Sequence record: MH383160
DNA length: 64,000 nt
Source of the DNA: Escherichia phage UB
Strand: one strand, 5' to 3'
Position numbers and translations under genes: made by a program. How positions within the stretch are numbered: the stretch's first letter is position 1; the number at the start of each line of letters is the position of its first letter. The notes under the pieces were generated by a model. It searched no databases and was not told where the DNA came from. It saw only the letters and a list, made by a program, of their open reading frames with translations. Below are positions 19,527 through 27,204 of the stretch, piece after piece.

Positions 19527-20299
19527 CGTTTTAATCTCTCTTAAAGTGTAGCGGGAAGTGTTCCCGCTCTCGATGTAAAACATTCTACACCTTTCCCAAT
19601 ACTTTGCAAGTACTTTCTACAAATACTTTTAAAATAGTTTTCTTTCTATATAGGAGTACTATCATTCAGTACTGCTACACTAGAATCAATCAACCAAATC
19701 ACTACTATACCCCATAAAACGGCCTCAGACGCATTCTAACGCATTAATACACCTAAGCTATACATTTGCACCGCCACCAGCTAACCAGGGCTTTACGATG
19801 CGTTTAAACGCGTTAAATTATTTTCAATTATTTTGTTTTTTGCTATTGACTCAGTACTAAAAAAGCGTATAATTACTACATAGACGCGAGAAAGCGGATA
19901 TCCCAAGGGGTGCGGAATTGTGCCCAAAATTCAAGATATAAAAAAAAGGATACACTCCCGCACCCTAGCAGGTCAAAGCACTTTCTCAGTACTGAATCAT
20001 AGTACCATAGTACGCCCCAGGATGGCAAGCAAATTAATTAAAACTTTTTTCATCCAGGGTATTGCTTTATTTTTCCAGTACTGTATAATAGTTTCATCAA
20101 GTCGAGAAAGACTATAGCCCACCGGGTGCATAGTTACGCCCAAAATTTCAGTACTAGATTATTTTTTAAAAATATTCATCCAGGCGGTTGACATTGCCCC
20201 CAGTTTATTAGATAATGATTCCAGATTCAGAAAAATCTAACTCCAGATACTGCGGGGAAACTATCCCCACGCGGTAGGGGAACTATTGGAAAAAAACAA

Positions 20300-20470
20300 A
20301 ATAAAATTTTGATTTAGCCGTCTATACTTCCAGACGTGTAACCATCTAGCCGTTTAGCCGTCCAAACGTCTAGCCATACAGCCATCCAGAAATCTAGCCG
20401 TTTAGCCGTCTAGATAGATAGCCATCTTTACTTCCAGACTTCTGGAGGGCTAGACATATCTACGTCCAAA
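20300..20470. repeat. Iteron-like short direct repeats
   Basis: TCTAGCCGTTTAGCCGTC twice, TAGCCAT twice, TACTTCCAGAC twice, CGCCCAAAAT three times, within a 1.9-kb stretch free of ORFs. Confidence 0.5.
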
Positions 20471-21492
20471 ATCCATCCAGGGTAACTACGCCCAAAATCC
20501 GTCAGTACTATACCATAGATCTATCTTTTGAAAGGGAGTATTCAGTACTGCCACAATAGCCCTCACTGTTACTGTAGGAGGATGAAGACTATCATGTAGT
20601 ACTGAATACTGTTAGAGGGAACCCACCAGCTTGTGCTGGTGGCATAATGCTTTAGATTAAAATCAGTACTAATACCATTCTGTTAATATCAGTACTGTTA
20701 TTACGATTTTCATATGAGGTTCAAAAAGATGTACCACCACAGGAGGAACTATCTTTTCTGTACTGTCTCACGACAGGAGGTAGAGTAAATGAATTGTTCG
20801 CAGCAACTCATCTCTCTATGTAGAACATTATACAGTACTGAATCATAATGTCAATAGCTTTCTTTCATTATTCAGTACTGATATTCTTGAGAACTACCCG
20901 ACTACAAACATCATTATATCCCACAAATCATAAACGTCCCAACGTAAATTTCAACTTTCGAAGATCCAACTTTTATTTCATAGGTACTCCAAAATTTTTA
21001 GGATCGAGATTTAGGATGGAGTACTAACCAACTTTTTGCTGGAGCCTCAAGGGGTAATGGAATTTTACCCCGAAGGGTAAAGGGGTAATTGAAATTAAGG
21101 TGAAAGTAATAATTCAGTACTAATCATTGCGTGATTACTTTTGATTACATTTGATGTAATTTGAAAAATGGAAAAGGAGCTTGGAAACTACAAAGTACGG
21201 CAGACTTCCTCTGCCTACTTAGTGGCATATTAGTACTGAATCATTCACACACATTTCCGTGCATTCTTGAGCAATCTTGTCTATACTAATCAGTACTGAA
21301 TCATATATAATCATTCTGTGATTCTACGGTGCTCATATAAATGTTTATATATGATTACTTATGACTACCTATGATTACGGGGTTTAGCCTGGGGAGAATC
21401 CTAGTGATCGCATTTGTCCAGGCTGAATTTTAACAATTCGCCTGTACATAAAGGTTGTTCACTAGGAGCTTCCCCTGTCTACTTGTGTTTAA

Positions 21493-21693
21493 TTACTTCC
21501 TATATATAAGCATTAAGATATAGTAGTACTGATTGTACTGTACATTCTCTTTAATATTATAAGGGTCTATAGCAATCTCGGTACATCTGTTAAATGCATA
21601 TCTATTAAATGCCAGTGGAATTATAGATCTAATCCATACTTGTTCATTTTCTTTTAGTTTACTTATATAGAAGTTTTTATACTCTTTATGCAT
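21493..21693 (-). CDS. Family-A small protein (66 aa)
   Basis: N-terminus MHKEYKNFY and C-terminal YYILMLIYRK as in the neighbouring paralogs. Confidence 0.55.
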   Translation of the reverse strand: MHKEYKNFYISKLKENEQVWIRSIIPLAFNRYAFNRCTEIAIDPYNIKENVQYNQYYYILMLIYRK

Positions 21694-21706
21694 AGTATTA
21701 TGTCTA

Positions 21707-21889
21707 TTAATATGATAGTACTAGTGTTAGTACTGAGCACAATTTTTCTTTATAGTTCTTAGGGTATATAGAATCTTTTATGCACTCATTGAAGTGCCAT
21801 AGGTATAATCTTGGGTCGCATTCTTTATATATTCTTACGGGGACGAATGTTAGTTTTCTTATATAGAATTCTTTATGTTCTTTATTCAT
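21707..21889 (-). CDS. Family-A small protein (60 aa)
   Basis: MNKEHKEFYIRKL; C-terminal hydrophobic tail. Confidence 0.55.
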   Translation of the reverse strand: MNKEHKEFYIRKLTFVPVRIYKECDPRLYLWHFNECIKDSIYPKNYKEKLCSVLTLVLSY

Positions 21890-21890
21890 A

Positions 21891-22079
21891 TTAGTACCTG
21901 AATATAAGTAGGATTATGTTATAGTACTGGTTAGTACTGCAATGATTCTCTATACATCGATTAACAGTTATGGAATAGCTATATCTGGCGTAAGCATTAT
22001 CCAGCGGGATTTTACATTGAGCACTTAGAGAAAGTACAGTAGGTAGTGTATTCAAATAGAAGTCTTTGTAATTATTCAT
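21891..22079 (-). CDS. Family-A small protein (62 aa)
   Basis: MNNYKDFYLNTL ... YYNIILLIFRY. Confidence 0.55.
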   Translation of the reverse strand: MNNYKDFYLNTLPTVLSLSAQCKIPLDNAYARYSYSITVNRCIENHCSTNQYYNIILLIFRY

Positions 22080-22281
22080 ACAGGAATAGTATACCTATGA
22101 TGCCGGAGTACAGGTTAGTACTGTTACCATCTTCATTTGCGTTTAAAGTCATTTGAATACAATTATTGTAGCATACTCTGCCGAAATATGTATTAGTACT
22201 TAAAGGTGGTGTAGTCCTTAGAAACATTTGTTCTGAGGGGCTTATGTATTTGGAGTAGAATTCTTTATGTTCTTTATTCAT
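22072..22281 (-). CDS. Family-A small protein (69 aa), close paralog of 25255..25464
   Basis: MNKEHKEFYSKYISPSEQMFLR ... matches MNTEHKEFYTKYLSNEEQLFLR of 25255..25464. Confidence 0.6.
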   Translation of the reverse strand: MNKEHKEFYSKYISPSEQMFLRTTPPLSTNTYFGRVCYNNCIQMTLNANEDGNSTNLYSGIIGILFLYE

Positions 22282-22286
22282 ATTAG

Positions 22287-22472
22287 TTAGTGTCTGTATA
22301 TAAGTAATAGTAAGAATACGTACTGCACATCTTCATCTTTAGTATTGAGTACTGTACGTATTGCGTCATGGAACAAGAATATAGTACTTGGGTCATGAAA
22401 ATTTAAAGGGGTTCTGGGTACGGCACATTTGTAGTTCCCTTTAACAAATTGTGTGTAGTATTCTCTATGCAT
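22287..22472 (-). CDS. Family-A small protein (61 aa)
   Basis: MHREYYTQF ... LLLLIYRH. Confidence 0.55.
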   Translation of the reverse strand: MHREYYTQFVKGNYKCAVPRTPLNFHDPSTIFLFHDAIRTVLNTKDEDVQYVFLLLLIYRH

Positions 22473-22473
22473 A

Positions 22474-22659
22474 TTAGTACCTATATATTAGGGCGAGAAT
22501 GTAGTACAATTCATATGGAATGTAATTTGGGGTGATCGCACACTGTGTATGGTAAATGAATTGTTCGGTATTTTTCTTATCCTTGATATCTATTGGGATT
22601 TGTGGTATAAGCATTTGGGAGTTTAGATCGAGATGGCTTAAGTAGAATTCTTTATGCAT
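22474..22659 (-). CDS. Family-A small protein (61 aa)
   Basis: MHKEFYLSHL ... YYILALIYRY. Confidence 0.55.
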   Translation of the reverse strand: MHKEFYLSHLDLNSQMLIPQIPIDIKDKKNTEQFIYHTQCAITPNYIPYELYYILALIYRY

Positions 22660-22668
22660 ATTGTTCTC

Positions 22669-22857
22669 TTAGAATACGAAAGCTAGGTACAGGGTATGAT
22701 ACAGTACTCGATGATAGCTGTCAAAATCTAGTATACATGCTTTAGTACACATAGTAAAATACACTTTATCATTTTGTGCATTGATACCGCGAGGTTTATC
22801 TAATAGATTAGTTCTGAGGTACATTGGGAAATATTTTGTGTAGTATTCTTTATGCAT
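22669..22857 (-). CDS. Family-A small protein (about 62 aa)
   Basis: Start moved to the internal MHKEYYTKYF that matches the family N-terminus. Confidence 0.5.
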   Translation of the reverse strand: MHKEYYTKYFPMYLRTNLLDKPRGINAQNDKVYFTMCTKACILDFDSYHRVLYHTLYLAFVF

Positions 22858-22858
22858 G

Positions 22859-23041
22859 TTAGTACCTGAATATAAGTAGGATAGTGTTATATAGCTGGTC
22901 ATAACTACTACTATTTTCTATACTTCGTTCTATGCAGTTATTGAATCCAAGTACTGCCAAATCGTTATCCAGAGGGACTTTATATCTGGCGTAGTGTTCA
23001 AAAATGCTGGGGAGAAATTGTTTGTAGTATTCTTTGTGCAT
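22859..23041 (-). CDS. Family-A small protein (60 aa)
   Basis: MHKEYYKQF ... ILLIFRY. Confidence 0.55.
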   Translation of the reverse strand: MHKEYYKQFLPSIFEHYARYKVPLDNDLAVLGFNNCIERSIENSSSYDQLYNTILLIFRY

Positions 23042-23051
23042 ATTGTTCTCT

Positions 23052-23240
23052 TTAGTACTTGAATATTAGGGCGAGGATGTAATACAGTTTATATGTTCTA
23101 TCCTCGTACATTAGGGTGTACTTAGTACATTCTTGGAACATTGTTTTTGCGTCATCTTTTATGCCCAATGTAACGTTTGGTATAAGGCTTTGTAGATACA
23201 TTGGGAGTTTCTCTATGTAGTATTCTTTATAGTTGTTCAT
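23052..23240 (-). CDS. Family-A small protein (62 aa)
   Basis: MNNYKEYYIEKLPMYLQ ... YYILALIFKY. Confidence 0.55.
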   Translation of the reverse strand: MNNYKEYYIEKLPMYLQSLIPNVTLGIKDDAKTMFQECTKYTLMYEDRTYKLYYILALIFKY

Positions 23241-23248
23241 ATTATGTG

Positions 23249-23428
23249 TTATTTCGTGAAAACAAGGGTTAGTACTGCATAGTACAAGTCATACGTATCT
23301 TTAGGGTTAATAGCACCTTTAATACATTCTTTCATTAATTCATTATAGATAATTTTAGTACTGAAGGTATTGGATGTTACTATATCGGAATTAAGGTACG
23401 ACAAGTAGAATTCTTTATGTTTGTGCAT
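23249..23428 (-). CDS. Family-A small protein (59 aa; absent from the ORF track, below its size cut-off)
   Basis: Hand translation of the minus strand gives MHKHKEFYLSYL...DLYYAVLTLVFTK. Confidence 0.45.
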   Translation of the reverse strand: MHKHKEFYLSYLNSDIVTSNTFSTKIIYNELMKECIKGAINPKDTYDLYYAVLTLVFTK

Positions 23429-23429
23429 A

Positions 23430-23615
23430 TTAGTACTTATATATTAGTAAAAGGATGTGATACAGTACTCGATTATAGTCTTCAATATATATCGAGGATT
23501 TAGTGCACTGAATGAAGTAGTCTTTTTCGTAGTTTTTTTCTATACCCAATGGTTCTGTTGGTAGAAGGTGTTGGAGATACATTGGGAGTTTCTCTATGTA
23601 GTATTCTTTATGCAT
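23430..23615 (-). CDS. Family-A small protein (61 aa)
   Basis: Start moved to MHKEYYIEKLPMYLQ; paralog of 23052..23240. Confidence 0.5.
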   Translation of the reverse strand: MHKEYYIEKLPMYLQHLLPTEPLGIEKNYEKDYFIQCTKSSIYIEDYNRVLYHILLLIYKY

Positions 23616-24273
23616 AGTTTGTAATATACGTAATGAGGTGATGCATTTTCTTATTAGTACTGATAATTTCCTGTACATGTTTTGTCAGATTGTACGCGTT
23701 TTTATAGAGTACTGGATTATCGATTACAGTACTGTACATGAATAGTTCTTCTTCCTGTAGTTCTTTGTGTTCTAGTTCTTTGAGGAATTGCAGTACTGTA
23801 TCAGTTTCGTCAGTAGGTTGTGCTTGCCAGAAGTGCATTTTCTCGTGTACTTTTTCTGATCCTACGTAGTATCCATCACCGATTTGGAATTGAGCACTAC
23901 TGATATCATTTGGTGTATTACAATTCACGAATAGGTATACGTTTCCATAAGAGATATTCAAAACACACGGGATACCATTTAACTGTATAGTTAAGCCGAA
24001 ATATACGTTTTTTATATTTTTAGTACTAGTATTAGTACTCAATACTTTTAAATCAGTATTATAGATATTCGCATAATCAATAGAGATATTATTTTTCTTC
24101 AAGTACGATTTGAGGTTCTTAGATACGAGAACTGTACTGAATTTATCCTTTTTATTTCGTTTCTTTAGTACATTAGGGTGATAAGTATATGAAGATGTAA
24201 CTGATTCTGCTTGAATACTGTTGAGGTACTTAAAGTGCTTAAGGTATTGTTTACTGTGTGCATTAAGTTTCAT
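23608..24273 (-). CDS. hypothetical protein (221 aa) inserted in the Family-A array
   Basis: Long ORF, no family motifs, no recognisable domain. Confidence 0.55.
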   Translation of the reverse strand: MKLNAHSKQYLKHFKYLNSIQAESVTSSYTYHPNVLKKRNKKDKFSTVLVSKNLKSYLKKNNISIDYANIYNTDLKVLSTNTSTKNIKNVYFGLTIQLNGIPCVLNISYGNVYLFVNCNTPNDISSAQFQIGDGYYVGSEKVHEKMHFWQAQPTDETDTVLQFLKELEHKELQEEELFMYSTVIDNPVLYKNAYNLTKHVQEIISTNKKMHHLITYITNYA

Positions 24274-24283
24274 TTGGTTTCCT

Positions 24284-24463
24284 TTATATAGATGCCAGGG
24301 CGAGGATTTCCCTGTAGGGATTATCTTGTGTTAGTACAGAATAAATGCAGCTATTGAGATTAATATTTTTAGTACTTTTTGTTCCTAGTTTGTAGTAATC
24401 AACGAATGTGTCGTACATGAAACGGTCTTTTATGGTTATACGTTCTATATAGAATTGTTGCAT
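24284..24463 (-). CDS. Family-A-like small protein (59 aa; absent from the ORF track)
   Basis: Hand translation MQQFYIERITIKDRFMYDTFVDYYKL... Confidence 0.4.
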   Translation of the reverse strand: MQQFYIERITIKDRFMYDTFVDYYKLGTKSTKNINLNSCIYSVLTQDNPYREILALASI

Positions 24464-24471
24464 AGTATTCC

Positions 24472-24654
24472 TTATATAGAGATTAGTTTCATTACTTCTC
24501 TGTATGTGTACTTTTCGTTTTGTGCATCTCTTGTGACGACATATAGGAAGGTGTGTTTATCTTTTTTGTTCCCGCAATTGTAGAAAATATTGAACTTATT
24601 GAAGTTGAATCTTTCGGCGTGTTGTAGTTTAGTTAAATAGAATTCTATGTTCAT
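24472..24654 (-). CDS. Family-A small protein, subtype KYTYR (60 aa)
   Basis: MNIEFYLTKL ... KYTYREVMKLISI; paralog of 24663..24848. Confidence 0.55.
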   Translation of the reverse strand: MNIEFYLTKLQHAERFNFNKFNIFYNCGNKKDKHTFLYVVTRDAQNEKYTYREVMKLISI

Positions 24655-24662
24655 TTTATTCC

Positions 24663-24848
24663 TTACATTTCAATAAGTTTAAGTACTGCTCGGTACGTGT
24701 ACTTAGTTGTCAGTGCTTCTTTAATAGAAACACAGAAGTAATGTTTTTTGTCTCTTATACTGCCGCGTTTGTAGTACCACACATGGGAGTTGTGACTGTA
24801 CTTGTCTCTGTCGGATAGTTGTTGGTAGTAGTAGCTTATATGATTCAT
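24663..24848 (-). CDS. Family-A small protein, subtype KYTYR (61 aa)
   Basis: MNHISYYYQQL ... KYTYRAVLKLIEM. Confidence 0.55.
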   Translation of the reverse strand: MNHISYYYQQLSDRDKYSHNSHVWYYKRGSIRDKKHYFCVSIKEALTTKYTYRAVLKLIEM

Positions 24849-25057
24849 TATAATGTAATTAGCCTTACTATATTAAAGTACTCGGTTCCTGGTGTACCTT
24901 GTAGTATATTACGCACGACATTTTTTTGGTGCTGGATGATTGCTGAAGGTGCGGTTCTTTTTAGTTTTTTTAAAGTACTGAATTCTTGTTTAAGTATGAA
25001 CTGTACATCTTTAGGGAGAATATCTATGTAGTACTGATGAATGTTTGTAGTTTTCAT
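24848..25057 (-). CDS. Family-A small protein, subtype YYID (69 aa)
   Basis: ..QYYIDILPKDVQ.. paralog of 25466..25669. Confidence 0.55.
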   Translation of the reverse strand: MKTTNIHQYYIDILPKDVQFILKQEFSTLKKLKRTAPSAIIQHQKNVVRNILQGTPGTEYFNIVRLITL

Positions 25058-25067
25058 ATAGCACCTT

Positions 25068-25262
25068 TTAGAACTTAAAGATGAGGTTCAGGATAGAGCG
25101 GTACTTAGTTTCAGGGAACTGATGTTCTATTGCATAACGTGTCGCCATCCTGAAATCGTAATTGTAATATAGATTATCCTTTCTCATAGGTGGTGCTAAA
25201 GAGAATGATAGCTGGTCTTGCTTGTGTAGTTTACTACCATAGAAATCTTTATGATTATTCAT
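25068..25262 (-). CDS. Family-A small protein (64 aa)
   Basis: MNNHKDFYGSKL ... ILNLIFKF. Confidence 0.55.
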   Translation of the reverse strand: MNNHKDFYGSKLHKQDQLSFSLAPPMRKDNLYYNYDFRMATRYAIEHQFPETKYRSILNLIFKF

Positions 25263-25464
25263 AGAAGTAGATTAGTCCTATTAAACCTGAGTACATAATA
25301 TTTTTGTTATTGCATTCGATTGCTTCTAGAGTACTACGTATACAATTATTAAAGCAATCTCTACCGAATTGAGTATTGGTACTTACAGGTGATACACTCC
25401 TTAGAAACAATTGTTCTTCGTTGCTAAGGTATTTGGTGTAGAATTCTTTATGTTCAGTATTCAT
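25255..25464 (-). CDS. Family-A small protein (69 aa), close paralog of 22072..22281
   Basis: Alignable over its full length with 22072..22281. Confidence 0.6.
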   Translation of the reverse strand: MNTEHKEFYTKYLSNEEQLFLRSVSPVSTNTQFGRDCFNNCIRSTLEAIECNNKNIMYSGLIGLIYFYE

Positions 25465-25465
25465 A

Positions 25466-25669
25466 TTAGTACTCGATTAATAGGGTAAGGATGTAATAGT
25501 ATTGCATACATTCTACCCCTTGTAAAGCATTTCTTATGTTATTATTCCTGTACGAGTTCAGGAGTTTAGGGCTACGTTTGAGGTGTTTGAAATTAGTTTG
25601 TGTATGCAGTAGGCTTTCACGTAGACCTTTTGTTGGTAGTGCATCGATGTAGTACTGTTCGATATTCAT
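25466..25669 (-). CDS. Family-A small protein, subtype YYID (67 aa)
   Basis: MNIEQYYIDALPTKGL ... YYILTLLIEY. Confidence 0.55.
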   Translation of the reverse strand: MNIEQYYIDALPTKGLRESLLHTQTNFKHLKRSPKLLNSYRNNNIRNALQGVECMQYYYILTLLIEY

Positions 25670-25893
25670 ATAGATAGCAGTACTAAGATTTTTGATAATT
25701 GTTTATTGCTATCCCCGCAGATGTTGCTGTGTAAAATACTCACAATGAGGGTATCAATTGCATTGTTCATCATAAGGGTGCATCCTGGACTATTATAATT
25801 TTTTAGCTCAATTAGCCACGAACTATCCGAGAGAAATTCCCCGTACTCTAGTTCATTTAGAGTATTGAGGTAGTACTTAAGAGTATTTGTCAT
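25666..25893 (-). CDS. Family-A-like small protein (75 aa), first gene of the array
   Basis: MTNTLKYYLNTL...; AAGGAG SD and TTGACA promoter upstream on the minus strand. Confidence 0.5.
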   Translation of the reverse strand: MTNTLKYYLNTLNELEYGEFLSDSSWLIELKNYNSPGCTLMMNNAIDTLIVSILHSNICGDSNKQLSKILVLLSI

Positions 25894-25995
25894 GTGTAGT
25901 TCTCCTTATATTCCTTCTATAGTACACCAGTACTGAAAGGATGTCAAGGGTTTTCTTTATGGGGTAAATATGATATAATGAATAAGGAGGGAAAT
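25894..25995. promoter_or_regulatory. Divergent promoter region between the Family-A array (-) and the leader-tagged array (+)
   Basis: Minus strand TTGACA...AAGGAG...ATG; plus strand TATAAT (25974..25979), AAGGAGG SD (25984..25990), ATG 25996. Confidence 0.55.
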
Positions 25996-27132
25996 ATGTT
26001 ACCTTTTGCAAGAATGATGAATTATGGGAACGTAGCACCAGATAAACTAAAAATACGTGATATTGTTGCAGGTGCTAATTCATTATTACTAATAACAGAG
26101 GATAATGAATTATGGGTGCGTGGTAATAATGCGTATGGCAAATTAGGTATAGGAACTGATACTATAGTGAATGTAACCGAGTGGACTAAAGTTAGAGATG
26201 ATGTTAAGTTTGCTTGTGCTAGTAATTTAGTATGCGTTGTATTAACTGTAGATAATAAAATTTTATACTGTGGTGATGAATGGTTTGAATCTGGTGGTTC
26301 GACAAGTTCTAAAGTTGTTACATGGAAAGATGTTACGACACAATTTAGTGCAGTGAATCTAAGCACAGTTCGTGAAATGAAAATAACTTATTATTGTGTA
26401 GGATTACTTACAAATGATAATAGATTATATGCTAAAGGATATGATAATAACCAATCATTTGGTGGTTCAACAAGCAAAGTTAATGCTGTATTAGTTGCGT
26501 CAAATGTTTCAAAATTCTACACTTCTCTATCTGGTACTATATATTCTAGTACTACTGGTGGTTACTATCGCTGTGGTATAAGCAATACTGGAGCATTGGG
26601 TACTAGCACAAATTTAACTTCTTATAATTTGTACTCTGCTCCCGAATTTGCATCCGAATGTGCAGTTGGTATGTCAACATTAAACTCTGGTATATTATAT
26701 TATGATACTAATGGTATCACTAGATATGTTATAGCAGGTCAAAATAGAAATTATCAACTAGGTAATTCTTCTTCAAATACCACAAACGTATATTCGTATA
26801 CAGAATTAACCGGATATAGAGGCAGGTTTAGGGATTTGTGGAGTGATATGAATAACTCTGTTCTTTCTTTTGCTATAAGCACAGATGGCAATACTTTATA
26901 TTATGCTGGTACTAACAATACACTATCTTCTGGTGATCCTGGTGTTGAATATTCATCTGCATTCAAAGAAGTACCACACGGGTTTAATGATATAACAAAG
27001 GCGGCATCGTTAGCATATCTATCTATAGTGCAAGATTCAACGGGATGGTATTATTCTGGAAATGCAACTACGTTATATGGTTTGCCATCGAGTGGTGAAT
27101 TTATACCATTACCATTACCAACATTAATTTAA
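25996..27132 (+). CDS. Leader-tagged RCC1-like repeat protein, paralog 1 (378 aa)
   Basis: Start at MLPFARMMNYGN, preceded by AAGGAGG; repeated Y..G.N..GQLG-type motifs (KLGIGTD, YAKGYDNNQSFGGST, NYQLGNSS). Confidence 0.85.
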   Translation: MLPFARMMNYGNVAPDKLKIRDIVAGANSLLLITEDNELWVRGNNAYGKLGIGTDTIVNVTEWTKVRDDVKFACASNLVCVVLTVDNKILYCGDEWFESGGSTSSKVVTWKDVTTQFSAVNLSTVREMKITYYCVGLLTNDNRLYAKGYDNNQSFGGSTSKVNAVLVASNVSKFYTSLSGTIYSSTTGGYYRCGISNTGALGTSTNLTSYNLYSAPEFASECAVGMSTLNSGILYYDTNGITRYVIAGQNRNYQLGNSSSNTTNVYSYTELTGYRGRFRDLWSDMNNSVLSFAISTDGNTLYYAGTNNTLSSGDPGVEYSSAFKEVPHGFNDITKAASLAYLSIVQDSTGWYYSGNATTLYGLPSSGEFIPLPLPTLI

Positions 27133-27138
27133 ATATAG

Positions 27139-27169
27139 GCCAGTACTTGATACTGGCTTTCTTTTTTTT
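27139..27169 (+). terminator. Rho-independent terminator of the cassette
   Basis: GCCAGTACttgaTACTGGC followed by TTTCTTTTTTTT; recurs with near-identical sequence after paralogs 2, 3, 4, 5, 6, 8, 10 and 11. Confidence 0.7.
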
Positions 27170-27170
27170 G

Positions 27171-27204
27171 TATTAAATATAGTATAATGAATAAGGAGGG
27201 ATTT
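27171..27204 (+). promoter_or_regulatory. Cassette promoter (-10 TATAAT) plus SD
   Basis: TATTAAATATAGTATAATGAATAAGGAGG then ATG; no clear TTGACA -35; identical module before most paralogs. Confidence 0.55.

Noticed and set aside
2361-19580. GGGGAGAA...TTCTCCCC hairpins as terminators of the upstream gene
   Set aside because: They lie downstream of the -10 and upstream of the SD of the next gene and are not followed by a U run on the minus strand; they are better read as 5'-UTR stem-loops.
2404-19583. Longer N-termini given by the ORF track (MFYIERGK..., MTVLKCFS..., MRGNGSPP... and others)
   Set aside because: The extensions are translations of the promoter and hairpin, which is why they recur; the real starts are the downstream ATGs that have an SD.
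19584-21492. tRNA genes in the ORF-free island (T4-type phages often carry tRNAs near denV)
   Set aside because: No GTTCGA/GTTCAA T-loop consensus with a matching acceptor stem was found by eye. This is not definitive without tRNAscan.
27171-27190. Array cassette promoter as a T4 late promoter (TATAAATA)
   Set aside because: The motif present is TATTAAATATAGTATAATG, which contains TATAAT but not an exact TATAAATA; the class is left open.
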